From: Bacteroidales bacterium | Lineage (GTDB): Bacteria; Bacteroidota; Bacteroidia; Bacteroidales; VadinHA17 | Direction: 5' to 3' | Assembly: GCA_049691735.1 (NCBI GenBank) | Contig: JBAVOD010000217.1 | Location: 1 to 42,330, forward strand | Length of the DNA: 42,330 bases | Shown here: positions 35,428-42,330 of the stretch, piece by piece | Layout: every line of letters begins with the position of its first letter | How positions within the stretch are numbered: position 1 is the first letter of the stretch | The notes under the pieces: model-generated | Database searches by the model: none | Seen by the model: only the letters and a program-made list of their open reading frames with translations | Told to the model about the DNA's origin: nothing | Translations under genes and position numbers: made by a program

Positions 35428-36690
35428 TTATTCAAGTTTTGCCAGCTCAAGCCCCGTAAGCCTGAATTTTTCAATATTGTCAGGCTGTGCAAGATAAACC
35501 AGTTCTCCCGGCTTCAGCCCCTTTTCTATCACAATGTTTTTTTCATTTGAATCACCCGGAACAACAACCTGCCTGGTGTTCTTCCCGGTATATACGAAAG
35601 GAATACCATCGGGTCCGGCATGTACGCATTCGATTGGTACGTAAACAACATCCCTGTAGGTAGTGACAATAATCTTGTTCGTGGTCGTCATTGAAGGTCG
35701 CAGCGACGGGTCGGAGCCATCGAGGCGGATCTGCACCTCAAAGACCTTTGTATCGCTGTTGGGCAGCTTTTCGCCGATATTGGCTATCGCAACTACCCTG
35801 CCGGTATATTTCTTACCCGGGAAAGCATCTATAGTAACTTCTGCCACGAGGTCAGGCTTTACTTTTCTTATTTCAATTTCACTCACATATATTTTCGAAA
35901 TCATAGTTGAAAGATCGGGCAGGGTTGCTACTGTCCTGTCGAACGCATTGACAGATGATCCGGTTTTTATCTTGGTCCCGTGATGGTCCTTCTTGTAAAC
36001 GACCATTCCCGGACCCGGCGCGTTAATTATGAATCCGGCAAGCACCTCCTCAAGATCCATTACCCTTTTGTCGATTCTGTTATACCATAATCGCTGGGTC
36101 CTCATGTCTCTCTTTGCCTGTGCGACCCTGAGCGTGTATCCTCTTTTCTTCTGCTCAAGCAATCTTTTTTGTCTGTCGAAGTTGATCTCAGCTTCCCTTA
36201 TTGTGGCTGGTGGCTCATACTGGGAGTTCCTGAGAATGATTTCAGCTTCTTCCACTGCCTGCCTCTGATTTCTGATCCCATCACGCAAAGCTGTAAGCGT
36301 CACAGCAGTATCAAGCCCTTTCATTTCAAGATTGGTGCGGTAAGTCGAAAGCCTTTCCTGCTCATCTTTTAGCGTATTGTCAAACTGTGTCCTGTCGAGT
36401 GTTGCAACGTAATCCCCCTTATTTACAATTGTACCTTCAGGAACAAGGTCCTGGATCTTCAGGTCAGCGGCGTGAAAATCGCGCCCCCTGCTGATTTCCG
36501 GCGCTTTTATATCGAGTGAGTTTTCAGGCAATAGTTCACCTGATCCTGAAATCGCAATTTCAAAATCGCCTTTGACCGATTCTGCAAACAGGTTCTCACT
36601 CTTTTTCTTCGATGCAAGCTTATTGAATACAATAAGTGCAGTTATTGTAAGGAAAGCAACTGATAACGTTAATATTATAGTCCGTTTCAT
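35428..36690 (-). CDS. Efflux transporter periplasmic adaptor (HlyD/membrane-fusion protein family)
   Basis: About 420 aa from ATG 36690 (MKRTIILTLSVAFL). N-terminal anchor, central coiled-coil-like region, beta-barrel C-terminus. The track start at 36726 is less likely. Confidence 0.8.
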   Translation of the reverse strand: MKRTIILTLSVAFLTITALIVFNKLASKKKSENLFAESVKGDFEIAISGSGELLPENSLDIKAPEISRGRDFHAADLKIQDLVPEGTIVNKGDYVATLDRTQFDNTLKDEQERLSTYRTNLEMKGLDTAVTLTALRDGIRNQRQAVEEAEIILRNSQYEPPATIREAEINFDRQKRLLEQKKRGYTLRVAQAKRDMRTQRLWYNRIDKRVMDLEEVLAGFIINAPGPGMVVYKKDHHGTKIKTGSSVNAFDRTVATLPDLSTMISKIYVSEIEIRKVKPDLVAEVTIDAFPGKKYTGRVVAIANIGEKLPNSDTKVFEVQIRLDGSDPSLRPSMTTTNKIIVTTYRDVVYVPIECVHAGPDGIPFVYTGKNTRQVVVPGDSNEKNIVIEKGLKPGELVYLAQPDNIEKFRLTGLELAKLE

Positions 36691-36739
36691 AAAATTACGT
36701 ATGTATAAGATGTTCAGACATCTCACCTGGAATCAGCCG

Positions 36740-36747
36740 CAAAACTA
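36740..36747 (-). promoter_or_regulatory. Candidate -7 box TAGTTTTG for the adaptor gene
   Basis: The plus strand reads caaaacta, about 49 nt upstream of ATG 36690. Confidence 0.35.
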
Positions 36748-36957
36748 TTAAATATTGATCTTAAAGGCAGGCCTCAATATCGATTTTAACATGTTTTAAC
36801 AGTAATTTGCCGGTTAGCCAGTAAGCAAAAATTGTATTTACCTGCTCTGAAATACACCACTCAGTTAACAATCCAACCCGGAAAAGAGCTTCATCAGTTT
36901 TGATGCTTCTTTCCCTTTTTGGGGTGGCTTTTTCGCCGCAGCTTATCCGCAGGTAGT

Positions 36958-38055
36958 TTAAAATCCTTGATATCTCCTGAATCTTTCCAGGTGATCTGCT
37001 GTCTGTCTGACAATTCTCTGAACAGACAGGCCATGAGAAATATCAGGGGCAAACGAATCGGGCGTTGCACCTGTAAGAAATATGTAATGGGCATGTATCA
37101 TAGGTCTGAGCCATCCGGCAGGAACATGCCCCGAGGGGAAGCTGGTGTGCGGCTGGTAATCGCTGCCTGAAAACCGGCAGTTCCATAAGCCCGTTTCTTC
37201 AAGAAAATACTCAAATGAATCGGGCGCAAGGGTCGAATATTTTACGGTTCCTTTTTCTGCATAGATCTCAAACGAAATAAAGTCTCCCGCCCCTGAGCTG
37301 ATACGGCTTGAGGATAATGTCCCCGCAGCTCCCGTAACAGTATCATAAAGATTAATCAGACTGAACAGGTCTGATCCTGCCGGCACGTCCGGGAAACTTC
37401 CAGCCTGTATCGCTCCGGTTATCTCAATTCCATCCCCCAGAAAGGCTATAAGCATGCTGACAACGTGGGAACCCAGGTCGGCCATTGCCCCGCCGTCGGG
37501 TGCGGGAGTCAGCCTTGTTGCCCTCTTGCTTCGATAGATCTGCCTGAGATAATCGCCATGGTAATATTTAAAATCGAAATGAACCGGTTTTCCGAGCCTG
37601 CCCGACTTAACCAGGTCAATTGCCCCCTTTACTGCAGGGCAGAAAAGGTACTGGAATCCGACCTGGATCTTTTTGTCGTGGTGCTTCGCCGCAAGCTCAA
37701 GGATCATTGACTCTTCATCAGCGGTTGAACATACTGGTTTCTCAAGGTAAACCCTGGTTACCGACGGCATTTCAAGAGCAATTTTAAGATGCTCGAAATG
37801 GACCCTGTTCGGTCCAAGTACATAAACCGAATTGATCCTTTCGTTCTTTGCAAATTCGGCAAGACTCTGCGACCGGTTAAATCCGAACCTGACGGCAAAA
37901 TGCCTGCGGCTTTCTTCAGAAAATGAACATACAGACTCCTTTTCAGCAGCAGGAAAATCATTGTAATAAAATGGCAATGAACTTAGCGCAAAAGCATGTG
38001 AACGTGCTATTCCACCGGCGCCTATAAATCCGATTATGCTTTTTTCAGAATTCAT
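36958..38055 (-). CDS. Gfo/Idh/MocA-family NAD(P)-dependent oxidoreductase
   Basis: Start at ATG 38055 (MNSEKSIIGFIGAGGIARSHA, Rossmann motif). The track ORF extends upstream to 38193. Confidence 0.85.
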   Translation of the reverse strand: MNSEKSIIGFIGAGGIARSHAFALSSLPFYYNDFPAAEKESVCSFSEESRRHFAVRFGFNRSQSLAEFAKNERINSVYVLGPNRVHFEHLKIALEMPSVTRVYLEKPVCSTADEESMILELAAKHHDKKIQVGFQYLFCPAVKGAIDLVKSGRLGKPVHFDFKYYHGDYLRQIYRSKRATRLTPAPDGGAMADLGSHVVSMLIAFLGDGIEITGAIQAGSFPDVPAGSDLFSLINLYDTVTGAAGTLSSSRISSGAGDFISFEIYAEKGTVKYSTLAPDSFEYFLEETGLWNCRFSGSDYQPHTSFPSGHVPAGWLRPMIHAHYIFLTGATPDSFAPDISHGLSVQRIVRQTADHLERFRRYQGF

Positions 38056-38074
38056 TGAAAGTTCTGTTATGTAC

Positions 38075-38082
38075 CAAATATA
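38075..38082 (-). promoter_or_regulatory. Candidate -7 box TATATTTG for the Gfo/Idh/MocA gene
   Basis: The plus strand reads caaatata, 19 nt upstream of ATG 38055. Confidence 0.4.
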
Positions 38083-38198
38083 CTCTTTTTTAACCCAACC
38101 TTCTGAGGCAGTTTTGTGCGGACTTTTAATAAAAGTATTAAATTTATGTCTGTGAAACTCACGATTTTTTATTTTACCTGATATAAATGCCACAGAAT

Positions 38199-39509
38199 AT
38201 GAAAAACCCGGGTTTGTTTTTGGTTCCTTTTATCGCAGCATTTTTATTTGCGGGTCCGCAACAGGTTTTGAGACTTTCAGGTTCTGGTCCTCAAAAGTTG
38301 GATCAGGCCGACAGAAGAGATGGGTCAGGAGCATTTGTGACCGGAAAATACAGGAACCTTTTCCTCGAGGACGGTCATTTGCCCAAAGAGATCAAAGACA
38401 GGAACGAGGCAGCCTTTCGGCAGCTTTTTCGTGGCGATTCATCAGTTGCTGTCGTTTTCAGGGCCGGACGGAACGAAAACGGCCCGATGATGTACGTTTG
38501 TGATGTACTTCATAATGATGTGAGGAGTGAAGGGATTTCGTATGGCATGATGATAGCCGTCCAGATGGATAAAAAAGAGGAATTTGACGCAATCTGGAAC
38601 TGGGCTATGACCCATATGTATGTAAGTGACCCTGAGCATCCTTCAGAAGGCTATTTCTCATGGTCGTTGAAAAGGGACGGGACCCCTAACTCCGAAACAC
38701 CTGCACCCGATGGTGAGGAGTATATGGTGATGGCACTCTATTTTGCTTCAAACAGGTGGGGTAACAGCCAGGGTATTTATGATTACAGGGCATGGGCCGA
38801 CAAAATACTCACTGCAATCAGGCATCATCCGCTGAAATCGGGTCAGACTAAATTCGGCCCGCGTACAGTCGGCAGCATGGTAAATGAAGATGCGGTTATG
38901 ATACGTTTCGTTCCAAATACCGATAGCTGGGGATTCACTGACCCTTCATACCATCTCCCGGCTTTCTACGAGCTGTGGTCAAGATGGGGACCTGAAGCTG
39001 ACAGGGAGTTTTGGGCTGCTGCTGCTGATACAAGCAGGAATTTCTTTCAGAAGGTCACCAATCCGGTTACAGGTCTTGCTCCGGATTATGCTGATTTTGA
39101 CGGAAAGCCGCATGCATCCCCGGGAAACCAGAATGCCGTAAATTTTTCATTCGATGCCCGTCGTACTCAGATGAACTGGGCCGTTGACTGGTCATGGTGG
39201 GGCAAGGATCCCCGCGAACAGGAACTGAGCAACCGTATCCAGGAATTCTTTGCCTCCCGGGGAATGGATTCATATGGGACCCAGTATACTCTCGATGGGA
39301 AACTCCTTGACAGGAATCATGCTAAGGGCCTGGTCGCAACAAACGCTGTGGTTAGTCTGGCCGCAACTCATCCTCTGGCCAGGGATTTTACGGAAGCATT
39401 GTGGAATACTCCCATTCCCTCCGGGTTAAGCGAAAGATACTACGATGGTTTGCTTTACATGATGGCATTACTCCACTGTTCCGGAGAGTTCAGGATCTGG
39501 GCACCATAA
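38199..39509 (+). CDS. Glycoside hydrolase family 8 (Rex-type reducing-end xylose-releasing exo-oligoxylanase-like), secreted
   Basis: About 436 aa. Signal peptide MKNPGLFLVPFIAAFLFAG. GH8-like RSEGISYGMM and APDGEEY segments. ATG 38187 is an alternative start. Confidence 0.8.
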   Translation: MKNPGLFLVPFIAAFLFAGPQQVLRLSGSGPQKLDQADRRDGSGAFVTGKYRNLFLEDGHLPKEIKDRNEAAFRQLFRGDSSVAVVFRAGRNENGPMMYVCDVLHNDVRSEGISYGMMIAVQMDKKEEFDAIWNWAMTHMYVSDPEHPSEGYFSWSLKRDGTPNSETPAPDGEEYMVMALYFASNRWGNSQGIYDYRAWADKILTAIRHHPLKSGQTKFGPRTVGSMVNEDAVMIRFVPNTDSWGFTDPSYHLPAFYELWSRWGPEADREFWAAAADTSRNFFQKVTNPVTGLAPDYADFDGKPHASPGNQNAVNFSFDARRTQMNWAVDWSWWGKDPREQELSNRIQEFFASRGMDSYGTQYTLDGKLLDRNHAKGLVATNAVVSLAATHPLARDFTEALWNTPIPSGLSERYYDGLLYMMALLHCSGEFRIWAP

Positions 39510-39510
39510 T

Positions 39511-39903
39511 ATGATAGTACTCAGGCTGCTTGATTTTTTTTTTCTGATCTTCCATACTTCACTCGTGATCTTCAATGTATTCGGGTGGATCTGGAAAAAG
39601 ACCAGGGTTGCGAACCTTATTACACTCCTGCTTACCGGATCATCATGGCTTTTTCTTGGACTGATAGTTGGAACAATAGGTTATTGCCCGCTTACCGACT
39701 TGCATTTTAAGATTCTGGAAAAGCTTGGGAAAACAAATATTCCAGATTCGTATATGAAATATCTTGCTGACAGGCTGACGGGCCTTGACTTTAATGAGAC
39801 AATGGTTGATAAGGTGACCTTTTATGTATTTCTTGCATCCCTTTGCCTGTCGCTGGCAATGAACATCAGAGATTACGTCAGATCGCGGAAATCAGCTATT
39901 TGA
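39511..39903 (+). CDS. DUF2784-like small membrane protein
   Basis: 130 aa with 3-4 TM segments and a GYCPLTDLH motif. Starts 1 nt after the GH8 stop. Contains a T10 tract at codons 8-11. Confidence 0.55.
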   Translation: MIVLRLLDFFFLIFHTSLVIFNVFGWIWKKTRVANLITLLLTGSSWLFLGLIVGTIGYCPLTDLHFKILEKLGKTNIPDSYMKYLADRLTGLDFNETMVDKVTFYVFLASLCLSLAMNIRDYVRSRKSAI

Positions 39904-40870
39904 CCTGTACCCTGCTTCCGGTACTTACAGCTATATTCTTTCTCCACTCATATCTGGCACCATTCTTAAAGTTTAGCAGAACGTCATATGTTCCGGGCGG
40001 GCAGGTATTTGCAGTAACCTGATTTTCACATTTCATTATTTCGAGTGTCTTGTCGGGAGCAGCCTCTCCCTTCTGCCTGTCAGCCGTGCCTGCAGGATAA
40101 AGTTGGATGGCTTTGACATCCCTGTTCCCTCCAACGTATTCAATGACCCCGGCATTGAGGTTTGTCGTAATACTATAGCTGACATTCGGCTTCATAGTGA
40201 AATTTTCAAGCCAGATCTTCTGGGGCTGGGCTGCAGTTCCCACCGTGATCACTACATCGTAAGTGCCGGGCTTCACATCTCCGCTCCTCGAGGGTGCAGC
40301 ACCTTCCGGGGCGACCGGCTTGTCATGTTTTCCTTTTTCATAAAATGTCAGTACGCCGCATGAGGGATTAAGTTCCTGATTGCCCTTATATCGTTCCACT
40401 TTCGAATCATAGGCTGACAGACCACTGTGATTCTCAGCCTTTTCACCTTTTATGATCTGATAATCATACAGCACTATTGAAAGCGTGGTTATGGTCTGCG
40501 GCTTGATCACCACATTGTCGATATCGAAGGCAATTGATCCCGGATTTCCGGATAGCTTGAAATTTTCCTTAAGGATATAAGTTCCTGGTTTTATTCCCTG
40601 GAGCTTAACTTCCTTGCCTGAGCTAAGCAGCTTGTAAGTGGAACCTGAGGTCAGGCTTCCAAGAGTTCTTACATTAAAAACCAGCGGGGGATTCTGGTCT
40701 GAGGTTTTTGCTGCCTCGAAAGTCTGACTTACCCAGACATGATCCCAGCATTGTTCCATTTTAACATTTATGCCATTGTCAAACTGATAGGTGAAGTTTG
40801 AGACTTTTTGCGCCTGTAATGCCAGAAACATTACAGAATAAAGCATCACAAGAGTTGTAATTTTTTTCAT
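39896..40870 (-). CDS. Secreted protein with three internal PGTY-type beta-sandwich-like repeats, function unknown
   Basis: 324 aa. Signal peptide MKKITTLVMLYSVMFLALQAQ. The (K/P)PGTY(I/D)(L/V) motif occurs at aa 95, 201 and 292. Confidence 0.55.
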   Translation of the reverse strand: MKKITTLVMLYSVMFLALQAQKVSNFTYQFDNGINVKMEQCWDHVWVSQTFEAAKTSDQNPPLVFNVRTLGSLTSGSTYKLLSSGKEVKLQGIKPGTYILKENFKLSGNPGSIAFDIDNVVIKPQTITTLSIVLYDYQIIKGEKAENHSGLSAYDSKVERYKGNQELNPSCGVLTFYEKGKHDKPVAPEGAAPSRSGDVKPGTYDVVITVGTAAQPQKIWLENFTMKPNVSYSITTNLNAGVIEYVGGNRDVKAIQLYPAGTADRQKGEAAPDKTLEIMKCENQVTANTCPPGTYDVLLNFKNGARYEWRKNIAVSTGSRVQVK

Positions 40871-40988
40871 GACAGCTGAATTTAAGGAAATGACAAAGAA
40901 CTAATCAAATTTAAGACTTATGTTGAGAGAAAAAAAGAATTACCTGTACAATTTATATGATATTGAAAGTATGAAATTCCTTTCAGGA

Positions 40989-41213
40989 TCAGGGAAGGAA
41001 CTTTCTGATCAGGTAAAGTATGAATGAAACGACCGCACTTATAATGATCATGGTGGTGATAGGGAAATAGAATCTGACATTTTCCCTTACGATCCTTATG
41101 TCGCCCGGAAGGTGGCCCAACCATGTGAGCCTGTTGCCTGCAAAATAGACGATCAGCCCTGCTATAATCAGAAGTATACCGGTGAAAATAAGGATCTTAC
41201 CGAGTTGTTCCAT
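40989..41213 (-). CDS. DUF2905-like small two-TM membrane protein
   Basis: 74 aa. GHLPGDIRIVRENVRFYFPITT motif between two TM helices. Confidence 0.6.
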   Translation of the reverse strand: MEQLGKILIFTGILLIIAGLIVYFAGNRLTWLGHLPGDIRIVRENVRFYFPITTMIIISAVVSFILYLIRKFLP

Positions 41214-41355
41214 GCCAGCTCACAAATTACCCTAAAGTTATGAAATTTGCCCTATCATTATCAGGTTTACAGCTCATTGGGAAATAAAGAATATCTTTAA
41301 AAACTTTTTTATTATTAACTCACAACGGGGTATTTCAAAAACAAAAACTGTAAGG

Positions 41356-42330
41356 ATGAGGGGTAGGAGAGTCATTGAAATTATCCTCGCTGCATTTCTC
41401 GTAGCAGCCCTGCTGATGATTTCATCATGCAAAGGCGGAGCCGGGCATCTGAAGAGCAGGGAAGAACTGCTGAACTTCCGGAATTCATCAGCCTCGCTTG
41501 TTTATTCTGACGAAGGGAAGCTGATAGGAAAATTTTTTTCCGAAGAACGGACAAATATCAGTTTCGATCAGATCCCCGTACATCTCAGGAATGCACTGAT
41601 CGCAACTGAAGATGTGCGCTTTTACGAACATGGCGGGAATGATGTCAGAAGTCTTTTCAGAGTACTGGTCAAAAGTATAATGCTCAACAGGCGAAGTTCG
41701 GGAGGCGGCAGCACGATTACCGAACAACTGGCCAAGAACATTACCGGAAGAATAAATAAGGGTCCCCTCAGCATAATTGCAAATAAAACCCGCGAAGCAA
41801 TAATCGCACGACGGCTTGAGAAGGTGTTCACAAAGGATGAGATCCTCACGCTTTACTTAAATACTGTTTCATTCGGCGAAAATGTCTTTGGAATCGAGGC
41901 TGCCTCCGAACGCTTTTTCAACAGGAAGGCAACAGACCTTGAGATCGGACAGGCAGCAGTACTTGTGGGGATGCTTAAAGCAAATACATATTATAACCCG
42001 CGTCTGAATCCCGAAAATGCAAAAGCCAGAAGGAACTTGGTAATCAGGCAGATGGAGAAATATAATTACCTTGACAGGAGTGCTGCGGATTCACTGTGCA
42101 AGCTTCCCCTGGTGCTCGACTACAACAACACATCCGTCGGAGGCAAAGCAGGTTACTGCCTGTTTCAGGTAAGGAGCGAAGCTGAAGGCATACTCGGGGA
42201 TATCAAACTTGCGACCGGAAAAACCTGGATTCCTGAAACTGACGGCCTTGTGATCGAAACAGCTCTTAACCTGCAGCTTCAGGACTACGCTCTTCAGTCG
42301 TTCAGGGCACATTTGCCCGCGATGCAAAAG
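41356..42330 (+). CDS. Class A penicillin-binding protein (PBP1A-type), N-terminal GT51 transglycosylase domain; 3'-partial at the window edge
   Basis: My own translation from ATG 41356 is open to the window end (325 codons). Motifs: IATEDVRFYEHGG, GGSTITEQLAKN, RLEKVFTKDEILTLYLN. It is absent from the ORF track because it has no stop codon. Confidence 0.9.
   Translation, partial: MRGRRVIEIILAAFLVAALLMISSCKGGAGHLKSREELLNFRNSSASLVYSDEGKLIGKFFSEERTNISFDQIPVHLRNALIATEDVRFYEHGGNDVRSLFRVLVKSIMLNRRSSGGGSTITEQLAKNITGRINKGPLSIIANKTREAIIARRLEKVFTKDEILTLYLNTVSFGENVFGIEAASERFFNRKATDLEIGQAAVLVGMLKANTYYNPRLNPENAKARRNLVIRQMEKYNYLDRSAADSLCKLPLVLDYNNTSVGGKAGYCLFQVRSEAEGILGDIKLATGKTWIPETDGLVIETALNLQLQDYALQSFRAHLPAMQK

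Noticed and set aside
1-42330. Search for a CRISPR array, mobile element, prophage, toxin-antitoxin pair or defence island
   Set aside because: There are no regularly spaced repeats, no transposase, integrase, recombinase, reverse transcriptase or nuclease-helicase genes, and no long flanking direct repeats. Gene content is housekeeping plus envelope metabolism.

Overview
This window looks like a Bacteroidota chromosomal segment. Support comes from gldF/gldG gliding genes, TAnnTTTG -7 promoter boxes, many lipoprotein or secreted envelope genes, and a yicC-gmk-nadD string. It is about 90% coding under the standard genetic code. I call 42 CDS, the last being a 3'-truncated class A PBP that is missing from the ORF track because it runs off the window.

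I found no rRNA, tRNA, CRISPR array, transposase, integrase, phage gene, reverse transcriptase or recognisable defence gene, and no transcription factor gene.

Gene content by region:
- 0.4-6.7 kb: ADP-forming acyl-CoA synthetase, aminotransferase and a four-subunit 2-oxoacid:ferredoxin oxidoreductase.
- 6.7-26 kb: housekeeping genes (nadD, gmk, yicC, pheT, UbiA-type prenyltransferase, surE, lpxB, SpoIID-like, gldF, gldG, dnaN, epsilon-like exonuclease, FAH-family protein, SDR, tatA).
- 26.6-41 kb: a more accessory envelope region. It holds a CBM9-like protein, a lipoprotein amidase, xdhC-mocA plus a Tat-exported two-subunit molybdenum hydroxylase, a PepSY-TM and lipoprotein pair, a small secreted protein, an orphan membrane-fusion protein, a Gfo/Idh/MocA oxidoreductase, GH8, DUF2784-like, a three-repeat secreted protein and DUF2905-like.

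I do not see a clear-cut novel system. The best candidates for follow-up are:
1. The archaeal-style amino-acid fermentation module (447-6688).
2. The periplasmic Mo-hydroxylase cluster, which has no recognisable electron-acceptor subunit and is flanked by a divergent lipoprotein amidase and a convergent PepSY-TM/lipoprotein pair (27414-34655).
3. Two GC-rich, hairpin-dense noncoding islands (58-206 and 26362-26620) that may be diverged copies of a dispersed element.

All family assignments come from motif recognition by eye and need HMM or BLAST confirmation.
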